In this document: positions 1 to 9,403 of the stretch, one piece after another
Layout: the number at the start of each line of letters is the position of its first letter
How positions within the stretch are numbered: the first letter of the stretch is position 1
Translations under genes and position numbers: made by a program
Source of the DNA: Flavobacteriaceae bacterium
Lineage (GTDB): Bacteria > Bacteroidota > Bacteroidia > Flavobacteriales > Flavobacteriaceae
Assembly: GCA_012959395.1 (NCBI GenBank)
Contig: DUDG01000029.1
Span: 10,536 to 74,535, forward strand
Direction of reading: 5' to 3'
Length of the DNA stretch: 64,000 bases
The notes under the pieces: model-generated
Database searches by the model: none
Told to the model about the DNA's origin: nothing
What the model saw: only the letters and a program-made list of their open reading frames with translations

Positions 1-2696
1 CTTACCCCTCTGGTGCAGGTCTTCATGTTGGGCACCCTTTAGGATATATTGCTAGTGATATTTATTCTCGATATAAAAGACATAAAGGATTTAATGTTTT
101 GCATCCTCAGGGTTATGATTCGTTTGGATTGCCAGCTGAGCAATATGCAATTCAAACAGGAAGACATCCGTTAGAAACAACAAATGAAAATATTTTAAAA
201 TATAGAACTCAACTAGATAGATTAGGTTTTTCTTTTGATTGGTCCAGAGAAATTAGGACATCAAATAAAGATTATTATAAATGGACTCAATGGATGTTTA
301 TTAAACTTTATAATTCCTGGTTTGATTTTGATTTAAATAAAGCTAGATCTATTGAAGAATTAATTTTAATTTTTCAAAAAAATGGAAATACTAATCTCAA
401 CGCATCTAAAAGCGAACCTTTAGAAGAGTTTAATTCTAATCAATGGAATGATTTTTCAGAATTAAAAAAAGAAAAATTATTATTAAAATACAGAATGGCT
501 TTTCTATCTGAAATTGATGTGAATTGGTGTCCTAAATTAGGTACTGTTTTGGCAAATGATGAAATAATTGATGGGTTGTCAGAAAGAGGAGGATATGAAG
601 TAATCAGAAAAAAAATGACCCAATGGAGTATTAGAATTTCTGCTTATTCTAATCGTTTACTTTCTGGTTTAGAAGATATAGATTGGCCTGATCCATTAAA
701 AGAAATGCAAAGAAACTGGATAGGAAAGTCCGAAGGCGCACTAGTTAAGTTTGATATTTTAAATTTTGATAAAAAAATTGAAGCCTTTACAACTAGAGCA
801 GATACAATTTATGGAGTAACTTTTGTTACACTAGCTCCGGAACATTCTTTAGTTGAATTAATAACTTTGGAAGAAAATAAAGATTTAGTAAAGAACTATA
901 TTTTAGAATCTAGTAAAAAAACTGAAAGAGAAAGGTTATCAGATGTTAAAACTATAACTGGTGTTTTTACTGGTGCCTACGCTTTACATCCTTTGACGAA
1001 TAATAAAATTCCTATTTGGATTTCAGATTATGTTTTAGCAGGATATGGAACGGGAGCTGTAATGGCAGTTCCGTGTGGTGATCAAAGAGATTATAATTTC
1101 GCTAAATTCTTTAATCTTCCGATAGTAAATATTTTTAAAGACATTGATATTTCTAAAGAAGCCTTCAAAGAAAAACATAGCTTTATTTTAACTAATTCAG
1201 AAGAATTAAATGGTCTAGATTTTAAAAAAGGATTTGATTTAGCAATTGAAAAATTAGAAAAGATAAATAAAGGAATACATAGCGTTAACTATAAGTTAAG
1301 AGACGCAGTATTTAGTAGACAAAGATATTGGGGGGAGCCTTTTCCTGTTTATTATAAAGACAGTATGCCAGTGATGATTTCTGAAAAGTATTTACCTATA
1401 GAACTTCCAGATGTTGATAAATATTTGCCTACGGAAGATGGGAAACCTCCTTTAGGTAATTCAAGTGATTGGGCTTGGGATACTTTAAAAAATAATATTG
1501 TTAGTAATAAATTTATAGACAATGAAACAGTTTTCAGAATGGAACTTAATACCATGCCAGGATGGGCAGGGAGTTCATGGTATTTTAATAGATATATGGA
1601 TCCTAACAATGAAAATGAATTTGCTTCTAATAAATCTTTAGATTACTGGAAAGAAGTGGATTTATATATTGGAGGAAGCGAACATGCAACAGGACATTTA
1701 TTATACTCTAGATTTTGGCAATATTTTTTATATGACTTAAACTTAGTTCCAGTAAAAGATTATGCTAAAAAATTAATTAATCAAGGAATGATTCTTGGTA
1801 ATAGTGCTTTTATATACAGGTTAAATGGCACTAATACTTATATCTCAAAGGAACTAGTTAACGAGAAAAATGTTCAGTTAATCCATATTGATGTCAGGTA
1901 TGTTAATTTTAGTAATGAATTAGATTTAGAAGGATTAAAAAAATGGCAATCCCATTTTAAAAATGCAAAATTTGAATTTAAAAATAATAAATTTTTCGTG
2001 CATAGAGAGGTCGAAAAGATGTCTAAATCTAAATATAATGTGGTTAGTCCAGATGAAATTTGTAATAAATATGGTGCGGATACTTTAAGGTTATATGAAA
2101 TGTTTTTGGGACCTATTGAACAGGCTAAGCCATGGAATACTGCTGGTATAACTGGAACGTTTTCATTTTTAAAAAAGTTTTGGAGTTTATTTCATCAAAA
2201 CGAAAAGTTCAATGTGTCAAATGAAAAACCTTCTAATGAAAGTTTAAAAGTTCTACATAAGACTATAAAGAAGATAAATGAAGATATCGAGAACTTTTCT
2301 TTTAATACATCTGTTAGTGCATTTATGATTTGTGTTAATGGATTAAACGCTATAAAATGTAATAACCGATCAGTTTTAGAATCTTTATGCGTTTTATTGT
2401 CTCCGTTTGCTCCTCATATCTGTGAAGAAATTTGGAGTAAGTTGGGTTATAATGAATCAATTTCATTTGTTAATTATCCCGAGTTTAATTCTGATTATAT
2501 TAAAGAAGACACTATCGAATATCCTGTTTCTTTTAATGGTAAGCTTAAGTTTAAATTAATTCAAGAAACATCATTAGGTATTGAGCAAATAAAACAAAAT
2601 ATTTTGAGAGATCAGAGAACAAATAAATATTTAGATGATCGTGACATAAAAAAAATTATAATAGTTTCAAAAAAGATAATTAATATAGTTTGTTGA
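1..2696 (+). CDS. leuS: leucine--tRNA ligase, 5' end cut by the window edge
   Basis: The frame is open from nt 3, upstream of the listed TTG at 99. It reads YPSGAGLHVGHPLGY, the class I HIGH motif. KMSKS motif present (EVEKMSKSKYNVV). Length fits bacterial LeuS. Stop TGA at 2694-2696. Confidence 0.95.
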   Translation, partial: YPSGAGLHVGHPLGYIASDIYSRYKRHKGFNVLHPQGYDSFGLPAEQYAIQTGRHPLETTNENILKYRTQLDRLGFSFDWSREIRTSNKDYYKWTQWMFIKLYNSWFDFDLNKARSIEELILIFQKNGNTNLNASKSEPLEEFNSNQWNDFSELKKEKLLLKYRMAFLSEIDVNWCPKLGTVLANDEIIDGLSERGGYEVIRKKMTQWSIRISAYSNRLLSGLEDIDWPDPLKEMQRNWIGKSEGALVKFDILNFDKKIEAFTTRADTIYGVTFVTLAPEHSLVELITLEENKDLVKNYILESSKKTERERLSDVKTITGVFTGAYALHPLTNNKIPIWISDYVLAGYGTGAVMAVPCGDQRDYNFAKFFNLPIVNIFKDIDISKEAFKEKHSFILTNSEELNGLDFKKGFDLAIEKLEKINKGIHSVNYKLRDAVFSRQRYWGEPFPVYYKDSMPVMISEKYLPIELPDVDKYLPTEDGKPPLGNSSDWAWDTLKNNIVSNKFIDNETVFRMELNTMPGWAGSSWYFNRYMDPNNENEFASNKSLDYWKEVDLYIGGSEHATGHLLYSRFWQYFLYDLNLVPVKDYAKKLINQGMILGNSAFIYRLNGTNTYISKELVNEKNVQLIHIDVRYVNFSNELDLEGLKKWQSHFKNAKFEFKNNKFFVHREVEKMSKSKYNVVSPDEICNKYGADTLRLYEMFLGPIEQAKPWNTAGITGTFSFLKKFWSLFHQNEKFNVSNEKPSNESLKVLHKTIKKINEDIENFSFNTSVSAFMICVNGLNAIKCNNRSVLESLCVLLSPFAPHICEEIWSKLGYNESISFVNYPEFNSDYIKEDTIEYPVSFNGKLKFKLIQETSLGIEQIKQNILRDQRTNKYLDDRDIKKIIIVSKKIINIVC

Positions 2697-2698
2697 TT

Positions 2699-2965
2699 AT
2701 GGCTTTTAATGTTGAAATAATTGGATTTTTTGCTGCTATATTAACTACATTAGCTTTTGTTCCTCAAGTTTATCAAGTATGGAAATCTAAATCTAATTCA
2801 GGACTTTCTTTGACTACCTATTTGATGTTTATGATAGGAGTTTTTTTGTGGCTTATTTATGGTATTGTTATCGATAGTATCTCAATGATAATAGCAAATA
2901 GTATTACTGTATTTTTATCATTGATCATTATTTATTTTATAATAAAGTCTAAAAAATCTAATTAA
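2699..2965 (+). CDS. SemiSWEET / PQ-loop small membrane transporter-like protein (3 TM)
   Basis: About 88 aa with three hydrophobic helices and a PQ motif in TM1 (LAFVPQVYQVWK). ATG at 2699 preferred over the listed TTG at 2690, which overlaps the leuS stop. Confidence 0.6.
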   Translation: MAFNVEIIGFFAAILTTLAFVPQVYQVWKSKSNSGLSLTTYLMFMIGVFLWLIYGIVIDSISMIIANSITVFLSLIIIYFIIKSKKSN

Positions 2966-3410
2966 TGGTAATTTGTCTATCAATCTGTTGTTCCAAGGAA
3001 ATAAATGTTTCTGTTCTAGACACTCCTTCAATAGATTGAATTTGATTGTTTAACATATACATAAGATGCTCATTGTCTTTACATAAAACCTTTATTAATA
3101 TGCTCCAATTTCCTGTAGTATAGTGACACTCAAGGATTTCAGGAATTTTTTTCATTAACTTAATAGCCTCTTTATTTCTTTCAGCTTTATCAAAGTAAAC
3201 TCCTATAAATGCTAAAGTTGAGTATCCAAGTGCTTTGGGGTTTAGTTTTAATTGATGACCTGAAATTAGATTAGATTTTTCTAATTTTCTAAGTCTTTGA
3301 TGAATAGCCGCACCAGATATTCCTATTTTTCTAGATATTTCTAAAATTGGCATTCTTGAATTATTTGTTAATTCAATGAGAATTTTTTTATCTATACCAT
3401 CTATTTTCAA
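2958..3410 (-). CDS. Lrp/AsnC family transcriptional regulator
   Basis: 150 aa. N-terminal HTH (DKKILIELTNNSRMPILEISRKIGISGAAIHQRLRKLE) followed by a RAM/AsnC_trans_reg-type C-terminal domain. Confidence 0.85.
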   Translation of the reverse strand: MKIDGIDKKILIELTNNSRMPILEISRKIGISGAAIHQRLRKLEKSNLISGHQLKLNPKALGYSTLAFIGVYFDKAERNKEAIKLMKKIPEILECHYTTGNWSILIKVLCKDNEHLMYMLNNQIQSIEGVSRTETFISLEQQIDRQITIN

Positions 3411-3417
3411 TACTTTT

Positions 3418-4536
3418 TTATTTATTTAGAACAATATCAATTGCGATTCGTTTACTCGAACCGGAAGAACCTAATTTACTAATTAATTGGTCATATTTTA
3501 TTAAGATATCTTTTCTTTTATTTAAATCTAATATATTTTTAAGTTCTTTAGTTATGTTTTGTTTGGTACAATTGTTTTGAATTAATTCTTTAACAATTTC
3601 TTTATTCATAATTAAATTAACAAGCGAAATGAATTTTATTTTTATAAATATTTTTGCTAATAAAAAACTTAGTAAACTACTCTTGTAGCAAACAACTTGA
3701 GGAACTTTTAATATAGCTGTTTCTAAAGTTGCTGTACCACTAGTTACTATTGCAGCTTTAGACATAGACAGAATTTGATATGTTTGATTTTTTATAATAA
3801 TTACATTTTTATTTTTAATTATATTTTTATAATAACTTATTTCAATGTTTGGAGCGGAAGCTATTATAAATTGATAATCAGTAAAATCATCAATTATATC
3901 CACCATAATTGATAATATTTTTTTTATTTCTTGTTTTCTGCTTCCAGGAAGAATAGCTATAGTAGGTTTTTTAGATTGTATATTATTTTTTTTAATAAAA
4001 TCTGTATTTCCAATTTTTGTAAAGTTCTTTATACTATCTAGTAATGGGTGACCTAAATACTTTACTGGAAAATTATGTTTGATTTCAAAAAAATCTTTTT
4101 CAAATGGAAGAATTACGTATAGGTAATTAATATACTTTTTGATTTCATGAATTCTATTTTCATTCCAGGCCCATATTTGAGGAGCAATGTAATAGTATGT
4201 TTTAAAATTGTTTTTATCAGATTTTGCCCACTTAGCAATCCTAAGGTTAAACCCAGGGTAATCAATAAATATAATTTTATCAGGATTAAAGTTTAATATG
4301 TCTTTTTTACAAAAACTAATATTATTTAAAATAGTTCTGAGATTTACCATTACTTCATAAAATCCCATAAATGCTAATTCTTTGTAATGTTTTATAATTT
4401 TAGCTCCAGCCTTTTTCATTTTATTTCCTCCCCATCCTCTAATTTCTGCTTCTGAATCAATTTTAATTATTTCGTTAATTAAATTAGATCCATGTAAATC
4501 ACCAGAAGCTTCACCAGCTATAATATAATACTTCAT
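3418..4536 (-). CDS. lpxB: lipid-A-disaccharide synthase
   Basis: N-terminus MKYYIIAGEASGDLHGSNLI is the typical LpxB signature. 372 aa. Sits in an LPS gene context. Confidence 0.9.
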   Translation of the reverse strand: MKYYIIAGEASGDLHGSNLINEIIKIDSEAEIRGWGGNKMKKAGAKIIKHYKELAFMGFYEVMVNLRTILNNISFCKKDILNFNPDKIIFIDYPGFNLRIAKWAKSDKNNFKTYYYIAPQIWAWNENRIHEIKKYINYLYVILPFEKDFFEIKHNFPVKYLGHPLLDSIKNFTKIGNTDFIKKNNIQSKKPTIAILPGSRKQEIKKILSIMVDIIDDFTDYQFIIASAPNIEISYYKNIIKNKNVIIIKNQTYQILSMSKAAIVTSGTATLETAILKVPQVVCYKSSLLSFLLAKIFIKIKFISLVNLIMNKEIVKELIQNNCTKQNITKELKNILDLNKRKDILIKYDQLISKLGSSGSSKRIAIDIVLNK

Positions 4537-4544
4537 ATTTCAGT

Positions 4545-5315
4545 TTATATTTTCCATTTGTTTAATTCCTTGATATTTGAGTGATCAGTCATATCAAATT
4601 TTACAGGAACTACTGAGATATATCCGTTTTTTAAAGCCCATTCATCAGAATCTTCTCCCTTATCGTGATTAAAAAGTTCACCTGTTAACCAATAATACTC
4701 TTTTCCTTGAGGACTTTTTCTTTTATCAAATTTTTCAATCCAATATGCTTTGGCCTGTCTACAAATTTTTATTCCTTTTATATCTTTTTTTAATAATTTT
4801 GGAAAATTGACATTTAAAGCATTTCCTTTAGGAATTCCCTCCTTTAAAGCAGCAATAGTTATTTTTTTGATGAAAGTTTTTATTGCGTTAAAATCTGCAT
4901 TCCATCTATAATCTAATAATGAAAAGCCAATTGCAGGAATACCTTCTATAGTGGCTTCTAAAGCAGCACTCATAGTCCCTGAATAGATAACATTAATTGA
5001 TGAATTTGATCCATGATTTATTCCCGAAACACAGATGTCCGGTTTTCTTTCTAAAATTTCATTAACACCCATTTTAATACAGTCAGCAGGAGTCCCAGAA
5101 CAAGAATATTCAATTTGAGGTCCATTATCTATTTTAATTGAATCGCAATGTAAAGTAGAATTAATTGTTATAGCATGACCCATTGCTGATTGAGGGCTAT
5201 CAGGAGCAACTACCACAACGTCGCCTAATTCATTCATAACAGAAATTAAAGCTCTAATTCCTGGTGCTGTAATTCCATCATCATTTGTTACTAATATTAA
5301 AGGTTTTTTTGACAT
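4545..5315 (-). CDS. surE: 5'/3'-nucleotidase SurE
   Basis: ILVTNDDGITAPGIRAL N-terminal motif and GINHGSN motif. 256 aa. Confidence 0.9.
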   Translation of the reverse strand: MSKKPLILVTNDDGITAPGIRALISVMNELGDVVVVAPDSPQSAMGHAITINSTLHCDSIKIDNGPQIEYSCSGTPADCIKMGVNEILERKPDICVSGINHGSNSSINVIYSGTMSAALEATIEGIPAIGFSLLDYRWNADFNAIKTFIKKITIAALKEGIPKGNALNVNFPKLLKKDIKGIKICRQAKAYWIEKFDKRKSPQGKEYYWLTGELFNHDKGEDSDEWALKNGYISVVPVKFDMTDHSNIKELNKWKI

Positions 5316-5361
5316 TTATTAATTTTCATTAAAAGTACTTAAAAGAAAATGTTTTTAGAAT

Positions 5362-6069
5362 TTATCTTTGAGTCCAAATTTCATAAATTGGATCTCCTTT
5401 GCTACTGAATCCTTTGTGATGCCATTCATTATTTAATAGTTCGTAGTTAAATTTTAAACTGAGTCCTACTTTAGAATCATCTCTAGAGAAGAAGTCTATA
5501 TTCTCAACATATTCTCCATCAATAGTTGTATAAGTTCCTCCTCCAGTTCCCATGAATTTTTTAGTCTCTGTATTATAAGCTATCCATTGAAACCTAGAGC
5601 CAGATAAAATTTTCATAGTTTTTCTTGGCCTACTAGTATCTCTTAATTGTTTAACTCCGCCCCTTATTCTACCCGACATCAACCAAGGACCTTCAAGTTT
5701 TCCAGGAGTTCCATTATCTATTCTTTTGAATTTCATTCCACTATCAACAATTGCCATAATAGAATCATTAATTTGGACTTTAAAAGTAACTTCTGTACCT
5801 ACACGATCAGAATTATTAGTATCAAACTCTACCTTTTCTGTCATGGTGTCACCATTTAAATTCCAGGTACCACCATTAGAATAAATAAATTGACCAGTTT
5901 TTGAATCATAGGTACTAATCACTTGAAATCCATCTGAAAAAATTACAACACTTTTTAGTTCTGCCCCATTTTCAGATGTATGATGTCTTTCCCAAGCTCC
6001 GATAAAACTTTGAGCATTAACATTAGTTATCAAGAGATTATAAATTAATAAAATAATTATTTTTTTCAT
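5362..6069 (-). CDS. secreted protein of unknown function with two tandem lipocalin-like repeats
   Basis: Signal peptide MKKIIILLIYNLLITNVNAQ. Two internally similar halves (GAWER...GGTWNLNGDT..EKVEF and GPWLM...GGGTYTTIDGEY.ENIDF). Its start overlaps the waaA stop as ATGA at 6066-6069. Confidence 0.55.
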   Translation of the reverse strand: MKKIIILLIYNLLITNVNAQSFIGAWERHHTSENGAELKSVVIFSDGFQVISTYDSKTGQFIYSNGGTWNLNGDTMTEKVEFDTNNSDRVGTEVTFKVQINDSIMAIVDSGMKFKRIDNGTPGKLEGPWLMSGRIRGGVKQLRDTSRPRKTMKILSGSRFQWIAYNTETKKFMGTGGGTYTTIDGEYVENIDFFSRDDSKVGLSLKFNYELLNNEWHHKGFSSKGDPIYEIWTQR

Positions 6070-7307
6070 TTTTTTTCATTTAAATATGTGATTACTTTTT
6101 TAGTAGCTCCTTGATTTGATTTGATATAATTGTAATTAATTTCTCCCATTTCATCTCTTTTATCATTGGATTGAATTAATTCATTAATTTTTGTTTTAAA
6201 AGAATCATAGTTCCTTATACTTATTATTCCATTTAAATTGATTAGATCTGAAACTTCCGGAAATTTTTCAAAGGTCTTTCCAATCACTACTGGTATCTTA
6301 AATACAGCTGGTTCTAATGTATTGTGTAATCCTGTATTCCCCATTCCTCCTCCAACATAAGAAATATCAGCATAAGCATATAATTTTGTTAGCAATCCTA
6401 CACTGTCAACAAAAATTATATCGATATTTTGAAAATTTTCAGAATTTAATTCTGATAATAATATTGAATTTGATTTGACTTTTTGTTGAATTTTTTCAAT
6501 ATACTTTAAATTAATTTGGTGAGGAGCTATGATCCAACAAGTATCATTGAATAGATGGGAATTAATAAATTTTAAAATCAAATCATCATCTTCCTTCCAA
6601 GTACTTCCAGCTACTATACAGGTTCGAGAATTTTTAAATTCATTTACAAATGAAACTTCATTGTTTTGATCTAATAATGTCATAACTCTATCATATCTTG
6701 AATCACCCATTATTGAACAATTGTTGAAATTAAACTTAGAAAGCACTTTCATTGAATTATTGTTTTGAACAAACAAATGTGAAAATGATTTTAAAATTTT
6801 TCTCATCCAAAATCCGTAAAATTTGAAAATCCAATGATTTTCTCTAAATAAACCTGCAATTAAATAAGTGGGAATATTTCTTTTTTTTAGAGATAGTAAA
6901 AAATTTGGCCAAAATTCATATTTAACAAATAATGCTATATCCGGTTTTATAATATCTAAAAATCTATTGGCATTTTTATAGGTATCTATTGGTATGTAAA
7001 CTGTTAAATCACTTATTGGATTGTTTTTTCTAGCGTTATATCCAGAAGAAGAAAAAAAGGATAGTACAATTTTATGATTTTTATAAAGAGATTTGATTTC
7101 TTTAAAAACAGGTAGACCTTGTTCATATTCACCTAATGAAGCTACATGAATCCAAATGTATTTTTCACTCTTTGAAATTTCTTTTTGAAGTACTTGAAAA
7201 ACATTTTTTCTTTCATTAATGAATTTTCTAATTTTTAAATTAAAAATTTTTAAGATGGATAATAAAACCATCACTTTTATCATCAATAAATTATATAGTG
7301 TACTCAT
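6066..7307 (-). CDS. waaA: 3-deoxy-D-manno-octulosonic acid transferase
   Basis: IWIHVASLGEYEQGLP motif and glycosyltransferase family 30-like layout. I place the start at the ATG at 7305-7307 (MSTLYNLL...). The listed start at 7409 would overlap the divergent gene that starts at 7395. Confidence 0.85.
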   Translation of the reverse strand: MSTLYNLLMIKVMVLLSILKIFNLKIRKFINERKNVFQVLQKEISKSEKYIWIHVASLGEYEQGLPVFKEIKSLYKNHKIVLSFFSSSGYNARKNNPISDLTVYIPIDTYKNANRFLDIIKPDIALFVKYEFWPNFLLSLKKRNIPTYLIAGLFRENHWIFKFYGFWMRKILKSFSHLFVQNNNSMKVLSKFNFNNCSIMGDSRYDRVMTLLDQNNEVSFVNEFKNSRTCIVAGSTWKEDDDLILKFINSHLFNDTCWIIAPHQINLKYIEKIQQKVKSNSILLSELNSENFQNIDIIFVDSVGLLTKLYAYADISYVGGGMGNTGLHNTLEPAVFKIPVVIGKTFEKFPEVSDLINLNGIISIRNYDSFKTKINELIQSNDKRDEMGEINYNYIKSNQGATKKVITYLNEKK

Positions 7308-7394
7308 ATCATTTAATACAACACTAAAGTAGTATTTTGTAAATATATTTAATTTTAAACTGCGTATTTTATTATTTTTACACAAAATCATAAT

Positions 7395-8537
7395 ATGAAA
7401 AAAATCCAAATGGTAGATTTACAAACTCAATATGAGTTTATAAAAAATAAAGTTGACGCTTCTGTTTTAAAAGTTTTTCAAAAAGGCACATTTATAAATG
7501 GACCATCAGTTTCACAGTTTCAAAGTAATTTGGAATCTTATTTAAACGTAAAACATGTTATTCCATGTGCTAATGGAACAGATGCTCTTCAAATTGCCCT
7601 AATGAGTTTAGATTTGAAACCAGGTGATGAAATAATTACTTCTGATTTTACATTTGCAGCTTGCGTTGAAGTTATTGCTTTATTAAAACTGAATCCTGTT
7701 TTAGTAGATGTTGATTTGGAAACTTTTAATATAGATTGCAACAAAGTTATTAAAGCAATTACTCCTAATACCAAGGCTATAATTCCTGTTCATTTATTTG
7801 GTCAAGTTGCAAATATGGAAGAGATCATGAATCTTGCAAAAGCTAACAACTTATTTGTAATAGAAGATAATGCACAAGGAATGGGTTCTGTATTCGAATT
7901 TTCTAACAATAATAAAATTAAATCTGGAACTATAGGCGATTTGGGTACTACTTCTTTTTTTCCGTCAAAAAACCTTGGTTGCTATGGAGATGGAGGAGCT
8001 ATTTTTACTAACAATGATGATTTGGCATATATTATTCGCGGCATAGTAAATCATGGTATGTATAAAAGATACCATCATGATGTTGTTGGGGTTAATTCAA
8101 GGTTAGATAGTATTCAGGCTGTTGTTTTAAACGCTAAATTGCCTCTTTTAGATTTTTATAATGAAAGAAGAAAGGAAGCAGCTCTATTATATACAAGCAG
8201 ATTAGAGAGTAATGAATGTTTAATTACACCAAACGTAAAGGGTGATAGTCAGTCCCATGTTTTTCATCAATATACCCTTAGGATTATAAATGGAATGAGG
8301 GATGCATTAGCCAAGTATTTATCAGATTTAAAAATTCCTTTTGGAATTTATTATCCTATTCCATTACATCGACAAAAAGCTTATTTAGATAAAAGATATG
8401 ATGAGAAGGATTTTAAGATTTCTAATTTAATGAGCGAACAAGTTATTTCTCTTCCAATGCATTCTGAACTAGATGAAGATCAGATAGATTTTATTTGTGA
8501 AAAAATAAATGAGTTTTTTAAAGATCAGGAAAACTAG
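7395..8537 (+). CDS. DegT/DnrJ/EryC1/StrS family PLP-dependent sugar aminotransferase
   Basis: Family-typical N-terminus (VDLQTQYEFIK...FINGPSVSQFQ...CANGTDALQIAL) and the FFPSKNLGCYGDGG lysine region. 380 aa. Confidence 0.85.
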   Translation: MKKIQMVDLQTQYEFIKNKVDASVLKVFQKGTFINGPSVSQFQSNLESYLNVKHVIPCANGTDALQIALMSLDLKPGDEIITSDFTFAACVEVIALLKLNPVLVDVDLETFNIDCNKVIKAITPNTKAIIPVHLFGQVANMEEIMNLAKANNLFVIEDNAQGMGSVFEFSNNNKIKSGTIGDLGTTSFFPSKNLGCYGDGGAIFTNNDDLAYIIRGIVNHGMYKRYHHDVVGVNSRLDSIQAVVLNAKLPLLDFYNERRKEAALLYTSRLESNECLITPNVKGDSQSHVFHQYTLRIINGMRDALAKYLSDLKIPFGIYYPIPLHRQKAYLDKRYDEKDFKISNLMSEQVISLPMHSELDEDQIDFICEKINEFFKDQEN

Positions 8538-9399
8538 TTGCTAAGTTTCTATCAATTTTATTTACTAATCCTTGAAGAACTTTTCCTGGACCAATTTCAA
8601 TAAATTCAGTTGTTCCATCTTTAATCATTTGATTAACACTTTGAGTCCATTTAACAGGTGAAGTTAGTTGAGAAATTAAATTTTCTTTTATTTTTTCTAA
8701 AGATTTCTCGCCAATCCCATTTACATTTTGGTATATTGGACATATTGGTTGATTAAAGTAAGAATTGTTTATTGCAATTGATAATTTTTCTTTTGCATCT
8801 TCCATTAATGGAGAATGAAATGCTCCGCCAACAGGAAGTATTAAAGCTCTTCTAGCCCCAACTTTAGTTAGCTTTAAACAAGCTTCTTTAATTGCATTTA
8901 CTTCTCCAGAAATTACAACTTGACCAGGGCAATTATAATTAGCGGCTACTACAATCCCATATGTTTCATGACAAATTTTCTCAATTACTTCATTTTCAAG
9001 AGCCAAGATAGCTGCCATGGTTCCTTTTGTGTTTTCACATGATTTTTGCATTGCTTTCGCTCTTATTGCAACTAGATTCAAACCTTCTTCAAAGCTTAAG
9101 ACACCAGCAGCTACAAGAGCAGAAAATTCTCCAAGTGAATGTCCTGCTACCTTATCAGGCTTAAAAGAATTCCCAATAATTTTTAATATTGCCATCGAGT
9201 GAATGAAAATAGCTGGTTGAGTTACTTTTGTCTGAGTTAATTCTTTAGAAGTTCCATTAAACATAATCTCAGAAATATTGAACCCTAAAACCTCTTCGGC
9301 ATTTGTAAACATTTCTTTAAGTACAGTATATTTTTGATAAAGGTCATGGCACATTCCTGGAAATTGTGATCCTTGACCTGGGAAAACGTATGATTTCAT
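8518..9399 (-). CDS. fabD: ACP S-malonyltransferase
   Basis: FPGQGSQ and GHSLGEFSAL active-site motifs. 293 aa. Confidence 0.92.
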   Translation of the reverse strand: MKSYVFPGQGSQFPGMCHDLYQKYTVLKEMFTNAEEVLGFNISEIMFNGTSKELTQTKVTQPAIFIHSMAILKIIGNSFKPDKVAGHSLGEFSALVAAGVLSFEEGLNLVAIRAKAMQKSCENTKGTMAAILALENEVIEKICHETYGIVVAANYNCPGQVVISGEVNAIKEACLKLTKVGARRALILPVGGAFHSPLMEDAKEKLSIAINNSYFNQPICPIYQNVNGIGEKSLEKIKENLISQLTSPVKWTQSVNQMIKDGTTEFIEIGPGKVLQGLVNKIDRNLATSFPDL

Positions 9400-9403
9400 T
9401 TAG

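Noticed and set aside
7308-7409. N-terminal extensions in the ORF track: waaA from 7409, etfA from 20341, etfB from 21095, queA from 39875, ftsA from 60766, gldB from 45977 and SemiSWEET from 2690.
   Set aside because: The extended starts overlap upstream or divergent genes and add non-conserved residues ahead of family-typical N-termini. Internal ATGs that I verified in the DNA give canonical protein starts.
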